From Nitrospira sp. (GTDB lineage: Bacteria > Nitrospirota > Nitrospiria > Nitrospirales > Nitrospiraceae), in contig AP038806.1 of NCBI GenBank assembly GCA_047150005.1, positions 544,001-608,000 of the forward strand: 64,000 bases of DNA, written 5' to 3'. This document shows, piece after piece, positions 15,449 through 25,253 of the stretch (its first letter is position 1; each line of letters starts with the position of its first letter). The notes beneath the pieces were generated by a model that saw only the letters and a list, made by a program, of their open reading frames with translations, did no database searches and was not told the DNA's origin. A program made the position numbers and the translations under genes.

Positions 15449-16473
15449 ATTGCGATCGTCTCCGCCGAGACGGGCGATGCCGTGGAAGAAGCGGAAGGAG
15501 TCGGTGCAACGGACGCGGCGGCGCTGTTGAAGGGGAGATCGAGCAGCGCGTAGGGGTTCACGCGGGCGCCGTTCAATTTGACGCCCCAATGGAGATGCGG
15601 GCCGGTGGCGCGGCCGGTCGCCCCGACCTTGCCGATGACCTGGCCGCCCTCGACCAAGTCCCCTTCCTTCACCAGCACCTCCGAGAGGTGGAAGTACATA
15701 CTGTAGAATCCCAGGCCGTGGTCGATGAAAATGCCCTTGCCTGAGAAGAAATGATCGACTGTGAGGCGCACGACCCCGTCGTTGGTCGTCGCGACGTCCG
15801 TGCCCAACGGCGCGCCGATGTCTTCTCCGTTATGGGGATTGCGCGGTTGGCCGTTCATGACCCGAACGCTCCCGAAAATGCCGGTACGCTTGCCGTTGAC
15901 CGGCTCCACGAACGGGCTTCGCCAGAGCCGCGAGGCGGAATTCTCGGTCAGGGCCTGTTTCACCTGCTCCTGCTCTTGCTTCCAGCGCGCCACGGCTTTG
16001 TCGTCCAGATCGACCTTGTCCTTGGGCAGGGTAAGATGCTCGATGGTGAACTTTTCCTTCGCGACCAGGATGTTGTAGCTCAGGTGCTTGACCTCTTCTC
16101 CCTTTTTCACGACGATCGCCAGTTCGTGAGTGCCGGGCTCGTCTTGCAGATCGATGCCCACCAGGCCGAGATAGCCGGGTACCTCGCCCCGCCGGTACTC
16201 CCGGAAGAAGGGAACCGTGCGGTTGAGGAGCGTGCCCTTGACCTCAGTGATTCCCTCTTGGTGCGGGACCTTGACCACCAGCACCTGTCCCTGTTTGCCG
16301 CTGTATTGGCCGTCGCTGCCTCTGGGCGGGGGCGGCGCGGTGGAGAACAGTTCGACGGGAAAGACGCTCGTCAACAACACCACGCCGGTGATGACCGTGC
16401 GCTCCACGGAGGAGAGCCGCTTGGCGGTCTTCGTGGAGGCGTTCGCAGTCTGTATGGCAGCCTGTGCCGTCAT
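15439..16473 (-). CDS. M23-family metallopeptidase
   Basis: HNGED, YFHL, GATGRATGPHLHW zinc motifs; N-terminal hydrophobic anchor; ATGA overlap with pafA. Confidence 0.92.
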   Translation of the reverse strand: MTAQAAIQTANASTKTAKRLSSVERTVITGVVLLTSVFPVELFSTAPPPPRGSDGQYSGKQGQVLVVKVPHQEGITEVKGTLLNRTVPFFREYRRGEVPGYLGLVGIDLQDEPGTHELAIVVKKGEEVKHLSYNILVAKEKFTIEHLTLPKDKVDLDDKAVARWKQEQEQVKQALTENSASRLWRSPFVEPVNGKRTGIFGSVRVMNGQPRNPHNGEDIGAPLGTDVATTNDGVVRLTVDHFFSGKGIFIDHGLGFYSMYFHLSEVLVKEGDLVEGGQVIGKVGATGRATGPHLHWGVKLNGARVNPYALLDLPFNSAAASVAPTPSASSTASPVSAETIAIKE

Positions 16474-17864
16474 CGATAAAAGCGAAGTCCCGATACCTGG
16501 GCGACCAGTTCATCCACGCGGCGGTTCACCGCGCTGAAGGGGTCCATGCACAGGATCGTTTCTTCCCAATACCCGTTGAGTTTCAAATAGGTCCAATCGA
16601 CCGTGTACGACCGGTTCTTCGCCCGCGCGAACCGGATGAAGTCGCCCCGCACCTTGGCCCTGGTGGTCTGGGGCGGCGTGGACATGGCGCGCTGCACGGC
16701 GTCTTCCTCCGCCACCCGCTCGACTAGGCCGCGGGATTCCATGAGATAGTACAACCCCCTGGTGCGTTTCACGTCATGAAATTGGAGGTCCAGCAGGAAC
16801 ACCCGCGGATCGTCCCAGCCGCAGCCCTTTTTGTCGATGTACGACTGGATGAGATGCCGCTTGGTGACCCAATCGATCTCCCGCACGAGCTGCAACGGAT
16901 CCTCTTCGAGTTTGTCCAGAATCGCGCCCCAGCGCTTCCAGACCTCGTCCAGGATCGGGTCGTGGTCCTGCTGCTCCAGATATTCCTGAGCGCGCGCCAG
17001 ATAGACGCGCTGGATCTCCACGGCGGTCATCTGCCGGCCATCGTCCAGCTTGACCTTGCGCTTCACGGTCGGGTCGCGGGAGATCTCCCGGATGGCCTTC
17101 ACCGGATCCTCCAGCTCCATGCCGTGCACCGTGTAGCCCTCCTCGATCATCGAGAGCACCAGCGTGGCCGTGCCGACCTTGAGGAAGGTCACCAGCTCCG
17201 ACATGTTGGAGTCGCCCACGATGATGTGGAGCCGGCGGTAGCGCTCCGCGTCGGCGTGGGGTTCGTCCCGCGTGTTGATGATGCTCCGCGACGACGTAGT
17301 GGAGGACGAGGTCTTTTCGTGAATGTGCTGCGCGCGTTGCGAGATGAAGTACTGCGGCTTGCCCGACACCTTCAGCACCTTGCCGGCGCCGCTGTAGACC
17401 TGTCTGGTCACGAAGAACGGGATGAGCTGCTCGGTGACCTTCCAGAAGTCGACGTCGCGGCGCATGAGGAAGTTCTCGTGGCAGCCGTAGGTGTTGCCCA
17501 GCGAATCGGTGTTGTTCTTGAAGATGTAGATCTCGCCCGACAGCCCTTCTTCGCGCAGCCGCTCCTCGGCCGCCGGCAGGCAGGCTTCCAGCAGGCGCTC
17601 GCCGGCCTTGTCGTGGACGACGAGGTCGAGGATGTTGTCGCATTCCGGGGTCGAATATTCCGGGTGGCAGCCGGTGTCCTGGTAGAACCGCGCGCCGTTG
17701 ACGAGGAAGGCGTTGGACGGCCAACTGTTGGGAATCAGCCCTTCGAAGATATAACCGAGCACCTTCTCCATGGGAAGGTAGATCCGGCCGTTGGGCGAGA
17801 AGATGAGCCCGTACTCGTTCTCCAGGCCGAAGATCCGCTGCTTCATGGGACCGGGGGACATCAT
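16470..17864 (-). CDS. pafA: Pup-protein ligase PafA
   Basis: RIFGLENEYG, NGARFYQDTGCHPEYSTPEC, KNNTD..GNTYGCHENF, INTRDEPHAD. Confidence 0.93.
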   Translation of the reverse strand: MMSPGPMKQRIFGLENEYGLIFSPNGRIYLPMEKVLGYIFEGLIPNSWPSNAFLVNGARFYQDTGCHPEYSTPECDNILDLVVHDKAGERLLEACLPAAEERLREEGLSGEIYIFKNNTDSLGNTYGCHENFLMRRDVDFWKVTEQLIPFFVTRQVYSGAGKVLKVSGKPQYFISQRAQHIHEKTSSSTTSSRSIINTRDEPHADAERYRRLHIIVGDSNMSELVTFLKVGTATLVLSMIEEGYTVHGMELEDPVKAIREISRDPTVKRKVKLDDGRQMTAVEIQRVYLARAQEYLEQQDHDPILDEVWKRWGAILDKLEEDPLQLVREIDWVTKRHLIQSYIDKKGCGWDDPRVFLLDLQFHDVKRTRGLYYLMESRGLVERVAEEDAVQRAMSTPPQTTRAKVRGDFIRFARAKNRSYTVDWTYLKLNGYWEETILCMDPFSAVNRRVDELVAQVSGLRFYR

Positions 17865-18013
17865 CGGGTTCCTCCCAGTGCGCGCCGGTCGCTTCGTCGC
17901 CCGTCGGGACGACGGGCCGTTGCGGCGCCCTCATGACACAGAATACACACCCCCTCCCGGATCTTCAACAGAACCGGGAGATCGCTCGGGATCTGCGAGC
18001 GCGACGGCGACCG

Positions 18014-18697
18014 TCAGGACAGCAACTGTTTGGTTTCGACCGGCGTGAAGCGGCGGAATTTTCTGCTGTCCCTCGTGCGATCGAGGACCGCGACCTCCAG
18101 GCTCTCCGGGGACAACTTTTGATTTCCGGTCGGGTCGAGGGACGAGACACAGAGCGCGAGCGCGGCCTTGAGATCGGGGAGCTGCGCCGGCAGCTTGTCT
18201 TTGAGCAAGGCCTGCACGGCGTCGGACTTGCCGCCGATGACCGCGTAGAGACGCTCGTCGATGATGCTGCCGTCGAAGGAGATGCGGTACATCTCGTTGG
18301 CGTGGCCGTTGTTGCCGATCTGCACGACCAGAATCTCCACCTCGAGCGGCTTGAGCTCCTGGCTGAAGATCGTGCCCAGACTCTGGGAATAGCCGTTGGC
18401 CAGCGAGCGGGCGGTCACGTCTTCGCGGCTGTACATGAACCCCTTGAGATCGGCATGGCGGATACCGGCCTTTCTGAGGTTTTCGAACTCGCTGTACTTG
18501 CCCGCGCCCGCGAAGGCGATATTATCGTAAATCTCGGAGATCTTGTGGAGGGAGGCGCTGGGATTGTCGGCCGCCAACAGGATGCCGTTGACGTATTCCA
18601 TGGCGACGATGGACCGGCCGCGAGCGATGCCCTTGCGGGCATACTCCGCCTTGTCCTGCATCATCTGTTCGGGCGACACGTAATAGGGCATCGCCAT
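18014..18697 (-). CDS. prcA: 20S proteasome alpha subunit
   Basis: PYYVSPEQMMQDKAEYARKGIARGRS, LHKISEIYD, LEVAVLDR. Confidence 0.96.
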   Translation of the reverse strand: MAMPYYVSPEQMMQDKAEYARKGIARGRSIVAMEYVNGILLAADNPSASLHKISEIYDNIAFAGAGKYSEFENLRKAGIRHADLKGFMYSREDVTARSLANGYSQSLGTIFSQELKPLEVEILVVQIGNNGHANEMYRISFDGSIIDERLYAVIGGKSDAVQALLKDKLPAQLPDLKAALALCVSSLDPTGNQKLSPESLEVAVLDRTRDSRKFRRFTPVETKQLLS

Positions 18698-18699
18698 GG

Positions 18700-19524
18700 T
18701 CAGTGTTCCTTCGCCCGGCGCGCGGCGAGCATCTCGTCGTAGATCCCGCGGATCTGCTGCTCGGACACGTCGGTGATGCCGGCGGCGTTCACGATCTTCG
18801 CGGTGGGATAGATGCCGCGGACCAGGTCGGGTCCGCCGGTGCCGACATCGTCGTCGGCGGCGTTGTACAGAGCCAACAGCGCCAGCTTGAGCCCCTCTTG
18901 TTCGGACATTCCCTTGCGGAAATGCTCCCGCATGGCGTTGCGCGCATCCTTCCCGCCGGAGCCGATGGCGTGATAGTCCGATTCCTCATAGCGGCCGCCG
19001 GCCAAGTCGTACTTGAAGATCCGGCCCTCCGCGCGCTTCAGATCGTAGCCGACGTAGAGCGGCATGACCACCAAGCCCTGAAAGACCATGGGCAGATTGG
19101 CTTTCACCATCTGCCCGAGCTTGTTGGCCTTGCCTTCGCAGGACAGCTGCACGCCTTCCAGCTTCTCGTAATGTTCGAGCTCGGTCTGAAAGAGCTTGGC
19201 CATCTCGACGCAGGGCCCTGCGGCGCCCGCAATGGCCATGGCCGAGTAGTCGTCGATCTTGAAGACCTTCTCGATGCGCCGCTCGGCGATCTGGAACCCC
19301 TCGGTCGCGCGGCGGTCTCCGGCGATCACGACCCCACCGTGATACTTGAGGCCGAGCACCGTGGTGGCCTGCGGCACGGTTACGGACCCGGCCTGCCTGG
19401 CAAAATCCGCCCCGGCCGGCGCCATCGCCGCAGCCCGGACCCCCGGAGCGAGATCGGGGTGTTGCGCGGTAAGGAAATCGAAAAAGCTGGAGTCGTCGTG
19501 GTTGGGGAGAAACGGCAGCTTCAT
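18700..19524 (-). CDS. prcB: 20S proteasome beta subunit with propeptide
   Basis: Propeptide, then TTVLGLKY.GGVVIAGDRRAT; GSG; AADDDVGTGGPD. Confidence 0.96.
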   Translation of the reverse strand: MKLPFLPNHDDSSFFDFLTAQHPDLAPGVRAAAMAPAGADFARQAGSVTVPQATTVLGLKYHGGVVIAGDRRATEGFQIAERRIEKVFKIDDYSAMAIAGAAGPCVEMAKLFQTELEHYEKLEGVQLSCEGKANKLGQMVKANLPMVFQGLVVMPLYVGYDLKRAEGRIFKYDLAGGRYEESDYHAIGSGGKDARNAMREHFRKGMSEQEGLKLALLALYNAADDDVGTGGPDLVRGIYPTAKIVNAAGITDVSEQQIRGIYDEMLAARRAKEH

Positions 19525-21017
19525 CAGGCTTTCAACTTCGCGAGCAACGCCTCGGCGCTGTCCGATTGCTCGATCAGCTCGGCGGTGAGCGCCTCGGTGC
19601 CCCGGAGCGGATCCATCAGCGGCACCTTCTTGATCGTCGTGTTGCCCACGTCGAACAGCACGGAGGTCCAGCTCGCGCCATAAATCGATTTAGCATATTT
19701 CCCCACGCAACGCCCGCGGAAGTAGGCTCTGGTCCCGGAGGGCGGCAGGAACTCCGCCCGTGAGATTTCCACGTCCTGCACGATGCGTTCGATCATGTGG
19801 CTGCGCTCGAGGGTGTAGTACAGGCCCTTGTCCGGCCGGACATCGTGGTATTGAAGGTCCATGAGACGGATACGAGGATCGTTCCACCCGCAGCCCTTGC
19901 GCTCCATGTAGGATTCCATCAGGTGGCGCTTGGCGACCCAATCCAGCTCCCGAACGAGCGAGTGCGGGTCGCGCTCCAGCTTGTCGAGCACTTCTTCCCA
20001 GCGGACGAGCACGTCCTTCGTGACTTGAGGCAGATCGTGGCAGGCGTAAAAGTCCATCGCCGCCTTGAGGTACCCGCGCTGGATCGCCAGAGCCGTCGTC
20101 GCCTGCCCGCCGGCGAGCCGCAGCTGCTCCCTGATCGTGAGATCCCTCGATACCTGTTTGATGGCCCGGACCGGATCCTCCAGCTCGAACTTCGGCAGAT
20201 TCGCGCCCGCTTCCACCAGATCGAGCACCATCGCCATGGTGCCGATCTTCAGATAGGTCGAGAGCTCGGCCATGTTGGCATCGCCCACGATGACGTGGAG
20301 CCGGCGATATTTGGAGTGATCGCAATGGGGCTCATCGCGCGAGTTCACGATGGGACGCTTCACCATCGTGTTCAGATCGACCAGACATTCGAAGAAATCG
20401 GCCCGCTGAGAAATCTGGTAGTCCACCGGGCCGGTCTGATTCTCCGCTCCGACCTTGCCCGCGCCGGCGAAAATGAGACGGCTCACGAAGAACGGCGCAA
20501 GCACCTGCACGAGCCGTTCAAAAGGAACGGACCGGGACACGAGATAATTTTCGTGGTAGCCGTAGCTGTTCCCCTTGCCGTCGGAATTGTTCTTGTACAG
20601 GACGAGCTGCTCGCGGCCCCGCGCCTTGGTCATCGCGTCGAGGCATTGGGCGAGAATCCGTTCGGCCACCCGTTCGAAGGCCACGACCTCTCGGGGATTC
20701 GTGCATTCCGGTGTGGAGTATTCGGGATGCGCCCCATCGACGTAGAGACGCCCGCCGTTGGCCAATACCTTGTTCAGCTGTCGGTTGTAGTCGGGATTCG
20801 GCCGTTCCCGCTCCCCGTCCACTTCGAAGCCGCGGGCGTCGAGCAGCGGATTTTCGTTCTCATAGTCCCAGACGGCGTGCGGCACCGACAGCCCGGGATA
20901 ATGGCCGATGGCGGCGAGCGAGTTGGTGATGGGATCCGCCAGGGCGGCATCGCGCGAAGCGATGCCGAATTCCGTCTCCGTACCCAGCACCCGAGGTGTT
21001 GAAGGAGCGTCCGCCAT
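19524..21017 (-). CDS. dop: Depupylase/deamidase Dop
   Basis: GTETEFGI, WDYENENP, NGGRLYVDGAHPEYSTPE, KNNSDGKGNSYGYHENY. Confidence 0.93.
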   Translation of the reverse strand: MADAPSTPRVLGTETEFGIASRDAALADPITNSLAAIGHYPGLSVPHAVWDYENENPLLDARGFEVDGERERPNPDYNRQLNKVLANGGRLYVDGAHPEYSTPECTNPREVVAFERVAERILAQCLDAMTKARGREQLVLYKNNSDGKGNSYGYHENYLVSRSVPFERLVQVLAPFFVSRLIFAGAGKVGAENQTGPVDYQISQRADFFECLVDLNTMVKRPIVNSRDEPHCDHSKYRRLHVIVGDANMAELSTYLKIGTMAMVLDLVEAGANLPKFELEDPVRAIKQVSRDLTIREQLRLAGGQATTALAIQRGYLKAAMDFYACHDLPQVTKDVLVRWEEVLDKLERDPHSLVRELDWVAKRHLMESYMERKGCGWNDPRIRLMDLQYHDVRPDKGLYYTLERSHMIERIVQDVEISRAEFLPPSGTRAYFRGRCVGKYAKSIYGASWTSVLFDVGNTTIKKVPLMDPLRGTEALTAELIEQSDSAEALLAKLKA

Positions 21018-21027
21018 GGATGATGTT

Positions 21028-22797
21028 TTACAGATAGTGGCCCGTGGTGACCGTCTCTATCTGACGTGACTCGGTCGGGGCCCCGCTGATCGTTCGGATA
21101 TGGACGATCTTCTCGCCTTTTTTCCCGGCCACCTTGGCCCAGTCGTCGGGATTCGTCGTGTTGGGCAGATCCTCGTGCTCTTTGAACTCTTCCCTGATGG
21201 CCCGGATGAGGTCTTCGGATCTGAGCCCCCGCCCTTCCTGAGCGATCGCGCGCTTGACCGCGTACTTCTTCGCACGCGACACGATGCCCTCGATGAGCGC
21301 CCCGCTGGCGAAATCTTTGAAGTAAAGAATCTCCTTCTCCCCGTTGGCATAGGTCACTTCGATGAACTTGTTCTCCTCCGAGGGCGCGTACATCGCCTCC
21401 ACGGTGATCTGCGTCAGATGCTCGACCAGGGCCTTGGCGTCGCCGCCGTGCCGCTTGAGTTCGTCTTCCGCGAACGGCAGGTCCGTGGAGAGATACTTGG
21501 AGAAGATGTCCTTGGCGGCGGCGATCTCCGGCCGGCCGACCTTCACCTTCACGTCCAGCCGGCCTGCGCGCAGCACCGCGGGGTCGATGAGATCCTGGCG
21601 GTTGCTGGCTCCGATCACGATCACGTTGCGCAGGCTCTCGACGCCGTCGATCTCGGAGAGGAACTGCGGCACGATCGTCGATTCGATGTCGGACGAAATC
21701 CCCGTGCCGCGCGTGCGGAACAACGCGTCCATCTCGTCGAAAAAGACGATGACCGGATTGCCGTCGGCCGCCCGTTCCTTGGCCTTCTTGAACACCTCGC
21801 GCACCTGCCGCTCGGATTCTCCGACGTACTTGTTGAGCAACTCGGGGCCCTTCACATGGAGGAAGTAGCTCCGGACTTCCTTGCCGGTGAGGTGGCCGAG
21901 CTTCTTGGCGATGGAATTGGCGACGGCCTTGGCGATCAGCGTCTTGCCGCAACCCGGCGGGCCGTACAGGAGCACACCCTTGGGCGCGCTGAGATGGAAT
22001 TCCGCGAACAGCTCGGGATGCAGGAAGGGCAGCTCGACGGCGTCGCGCACTTGCTCCAACTCACGCTGGAGTCCGCCGATACGGGCGTAATCCACGTCCG
22101 GCACTTCTTCGAGAACGAGTTCCTCCGCTTCCGACTTGGGCAGCTTCTCGATGACACAGCCGGACCGGGGATCATAGAGCAGGTGGTCGCCGACGCTGAG
22201 CCGTTCCAGGAGAAGCGGATCGCCCAACTCCGCGACTTTCTCCTCGTCGAAGTGCAGCGTGACGAGCGCCCGGTTCCCCTCGAGCAGATCCTTGAGCCGC
22301 ACCACCTCGCCCTGCACGTCGAAACCCTTCACTTCGATGACGTTGAGCGCTTCGTTGAGGATCAGTTCCTGTCCCTTCCGCAATTCCTTCCCGTTCACGG
22401 AAGGATGGAGGCTGACCTTCATCTTGCGGCCCGACACATAGACGTTGCCGGTGCCGTCATGATTGAGGCTGGAAAAGATCGCGTAGGCCGAGGGCGGCGC
22501 AGTCAGCTTTTCGACTTCGGCGCGCAAGGCTTCGATCTGCGCCTTGGCTTCCTGCAGCGTCAGGACGAGCTTTTCGTTTTGCTTGGTGGCTTGATCGAGC
22601 TGGTAGCGAGATTGATACAGCCGGCGGATCTCTTCCTCCATCGACTGGATCTGGACTCGAAGCTTCTCGGCTTCGCGGGCCGGTTCGTCATTACGGTGCA
22701 TCACATCCGCCTCTCCATCGGACAACCGCTTCGTCATTCGCGCGACGGAATCGCGGAGGGACCGGAGTCGGCTCGGACTTCCCTTCTTCCCGCTCAT
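21028..22797 (-). CDS. arc: Proteasome-associated AAA ATPase ARC/Mpa
   Basis: Coiled coil and OB domains, GPPGCGKT, FFDEMD, C-terminal GHYL HbYX motif. Confidence 0.96.
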   Translation of the reverse strand: MSGKKGSPSRLRSLRDSVARMTKRLSDGEADVMHRNDEPAREAEKLRVQIQSMEEEIRRLYQSRYQLDQATKQNEKLVLTLQEAKAQIEALRAEVEKLTAPPSAYAIFSSLNHDGTGNVYVSGRKMKVSLHPSVNGKELRKGQELILNEALNVIEVKGFDVQGEVVRLKDLLEGNRALVTLHFDEEKVAELGDPLLLERLSVGDHLLYDPRSGCVIEKLPKSEAEELVLEEVPDVDYARIGGLQRELEQVRDAVELPFLHPELFAEFHLSAPKGVLLYGPPGCGKTLIAKAVANSIAKKLGHLTGKEVRSYFLHVKGPELLNKYVGESERQVREVFKKAKERAADGNPVIVFFDEMDALFRTRGTGISSDIESTIVPQFLSEIDGVESLRNVIVIGASNRQDLIDPAVLRAGRLDVKVKVGRPEIAAAKDIFSKYLSTDLPFAEDELKRHGGDAKALVEHLTQITVEAMYAPSEENKFIEVTYANGEKEILYFKDFASGALIEGIVSRAKKYAVKRAIAQEGRGLRSEDLIRAIREEFKEHEDLPNTTNPDDWAKVAGKKGEKIVHIRTISGAPTESRQIETVTTGHYL

Positions 22798-22947
22798 CAA
22801 TGACCATCCAAGGAAGCGTCAATCCGTTTGCACCACTATAGAAGTCCAAGTCTGCGTGGATTCTATCATCCGGTATTTTCATGGTCAACAGGACGACCGG
22901 TTCCCGCGCGCGTGCATCGTGCGTTTGCGGCGAGGACGTCACGACGA

Positions 22948-23571
22948 TCACGACGCCGCATCGACCAACTCGCGCGCGGCTCGCTCGACGTCGGGCGCCG
23001 AGAGAATGGCCGCGATCACGGCGACGCCGAATGCGCCGGCCCGGCGAACGTCGCGCGCGCGTGCGGCGGTGATGCCGCCGATGCCGAGGACCGGGACACG
23101 CACCCGCGCGCAGATGTTCTCCAGTTCGTGCAGGCCCAACGGGGGACCGAACGAGACTTTCGACGGTGTCGCATAGAGAGGACCGAAGACGACGTAGTCC
23201 GCTCCCTCGGATTCCGCGCGCAGCACGTCCTCGCCGGAATGTGCGGAGACGCCGACGAGACGATCGGCCCCGACCAGCCGTCGCACCACGGCGACCGGCA
23301 GGCTGTCGCTGCGCAGATGGACGCCCGCGTGCTCCATCGCGAGGGCGAGATCCACACGATCGTTGATCAGCAGCCGGCAGCTCGCCGGATCGGCAAGGGT
23401 CCGCACCTCGCGCGCGAGGGCCAGCAGAGCGTTCGTGGAGAGGTCCCGCTCGCGCACCTGCACGGCGGTGACGCCGCCGCGCAGCGCGTGTTCCACCACC
23501 GAGCGCAGGGGCCGTCCACCGGTCCGGTGCCGGTCCGTGACGAGAAGAAGACGAGCGTCGAAGCGAGGCAT
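22948..23571 (-). CDS. thiE: Thiamine-phosphate synthase
   Basis: VQVRERD, LINDRVD, GVHL, GVSAHS, ADYVVFGP..TPSK, GIGGI. Confidence 0.93.
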   Translation of the reverse strand: MPRFDARLLLVTDRHRTGGRPLRSVVEHALRGGVTAVQVRERDLSTNALLALAREVRTLADPASCRLLINDRVDLALAMEHAGVHLRSDSLPVAVVRRLVGADRLVGVSAHSGEDVLRAESEGADYVVFGPLYATPSKVSFGPPLGLHELENICARVRVPVLGIGGITAARARDVRRAGAFGVAVIAAILSAPDVERAARELVDAAS

Positions 23572-23623
23572 GAGATGTTGGGAGATTCCGCGAAATGCGC
23601 TTCACGCTCCACGAGCGACGCCC

Positions 23624-24397
23624 TCAGAGCATCCCTTCGATCGGGCTGCTCGCCGTCGCGTAGAGCCTGCGCGGAATACGTCCGGCCTTGTAGGCGAGCC
23701 GTCCCGCATGCACCGCGTACCGCATCGCCTCCGCCATGGCAATCGGATCCTGGGCCCCGGCGATCGCGGTATTCATCAACACGGCGTCGGCTCCGTACTC
23801 CATGGCCAGCGCGGCATCGGAGGCAGTCCCGACGCCGGCGTCCACCACGATCGGCACCTTGACCGTCTCCATGATGATCTTCAGGTTGTAGGGATTACGG
23901 ATGCCCAGCCCGGACCCGATCGGCGCGGCCAAGGGCATGACCGCCGGGCAACCGATGTCGACCAGCTTCTTGGCGACGATCGGATCGTCGTTCGTGTAGG
24001 GCAGCACGATGAAGCCCTCCTTGACCAGAATCTTCGCGGCCTCGAGCAGGCCCACCGTGTCGGGGAAGAGGGTCTTCTCGTCGCCCAGGACTTCCAGCTT
24101 GATCAGATCGGAGACGCCCGCGGCCCGCGCAAGCCTGGCGTAGCGCACCGCGTCCTCGACCGTGTAGCAGCCGGCGGTGTTCGGGAGGATGATGTACTTT
24201 TTCGGATCGAGGTAGTCGAGCAGGTTTTCCTTGGATCGATCCGTGATATTGACCCGGCGAACGGCCACCGTGACGACGTCGGCCCCGGAGGCTTCGATGG
24301 CTTTTTGGGTTTCCGCAAAGTCCTTGTACTTGCCCGTTCCGACCCACAGCCGCGACTTGAACTCGCGGTCGGCAATCACCAAGCGATCGTCATACAT
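23624..24397 (-). CDS. thiG: Thiazole synthase
   Basis: [41 protein letters not shown]. Confidence 0.97.
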   Translation of the reverse strand: MYDDRLVIADREFKSRLWVGTGKYKDFAETQKAIEASGADVVTVAVRRVNITDRSKENLLDYLDPKKYIILPNTAGCYTVEDAVRYARLARAAGVSDLIKLEVLGDEKTLFPDTVGLLEAAKILVKEGFIVLPYTNDDPIVAKKLVDIGCPAVMPLAAPIGSGLGIRNPYNLKIIMETVKVPIVVDAGVGTASDAALAMEYGADAVLMNTAIAGAQDPIAMAEAMRYAVHAGRLAYKAGRIPRRLYATASSPIEGML

Positions 24398-24665
24398 GGC
24401 CACCGCCCTTCTCCATAGGTACATATATAGAGGAAGCGGCTCCGGCAGTCTCGGTGCCGCCCCCGATAAAGCCCAGGATTTCGATCCGATCTCCTTCTTG
24501 AAGGCCCCGCCGATCGAACTCCGCCCGATCCAGGATTTCCAGATTGAGTTCCACGGCCACCCGTTCGGTCTTGACGGCGAGTTCGCGCAGCAAGTCGCCG
24601 ACAGTCCCGCCGGACTGAAAACCCCGCGGCTCCCCGTTCACACGGATTTGGATCGACCTGGTCAT
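24390..24665 (-). CDS. thiS: Sulfur carrier ThiS with C-terminal extension
   Basis: IRVNGE...VAVELN.EI...[15 protein letters not shown], followed by 21 extra residues. Confidence 0.9.
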   Translation of the reverse strand: MTRSIQIRVNGEPRGFQSGGTVGDLLRELAVKTERVAVELNLEILDRAEFDRRGLQEGDRIEILGFIGGGTETAGAASSIYVPMEKGGGHV

Positions 24666-24758
24666 CACCGCATCCTAGGTAACCGGAATTCCCGTTGTCA
24701 ACAAAGCCTCCGGCTGCTCCCTTGTCAGCGGACACCCGCGGACGGCAGAATGGGAGTC

Positions 24759-25253
24759 ATGCAGATTCCTCTCAATAATCAGCGGATTGCCGCGACCTTT
24801 CGCGCCATGGCCGACCTGTTGGCCAGCCAACGGGCCAACCCCTACCGGGTCCGGGCGTACCGGCGGGCCGCCGACTCGATCCTCGGTCTAGAGGAAGACC
24901 TCGCCTCGGTCGCCCGGCGGCAGGCGCTGGAAGAGATCGACGGAATCGGACGGGAGCTGGCGGAAAAGATCGAGGAGTTTCTGCGGACGGGGAGCGTGAA
25001 GGCCTACGAATCGCTGAAGACGCCCCTCCCTGAGCCGGTCAAGGAGTGGGCAGCCCTGCCCGGCCTCTCGGACTCGCTCGTCACCTACCTCTACACCCGC
25101 CTGAGCATCACGACGCTGGAGGATCTCGAACGGCTGGTGCGTTCCCACATGCTGCGCACGGTTCCGGGCTTCACCGGACCGGAAGACGCGCTGTTGAATG
25201 CGATCGCTTCGCTCCGCTCGCGCACGCAGCCTACGACGGACGCAGCTCCTTGA
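24759..25253 (+). CDS. Stand-alone DNA polymerase X N-terminal (HhH/lyase) domain protein
   Basis: NQRIAATFRAMADLL...NPYRVRAYRRAA..I...IDGIGRELAEKIEEFLRTG...LPGL...ITTLEDL; ends before the palm domain. Confidence 0.85.
   Translation: MQIPLNNQRIAATFRAMADLLASQRANPYRVRAYRRAADSILGLEEDLASVARRQALEEIDGIGRELAEKIEEFLRTGSVKAYESLKTPLPEPVKEWAALPGLSDSLVTYLYTRLSITTLEDLERLVRSHMLRTVPGFTGPEDALLNAIASLRSRTQPTTDAAP

Noticed and set aside
17865..18013. pup/UBact gene between prcA and pafA
   Set aside because: No ORF of suitable size ending in GGE/GGQ or R(T/S)G(E/Q); the gap looks like a promoter and RBS.
24669..24758. TPP riboswitch upstream of thiS
   Set aside because: Only 90 bp of divergent promoter space, with no CTGAGA or other TPP core motifs.
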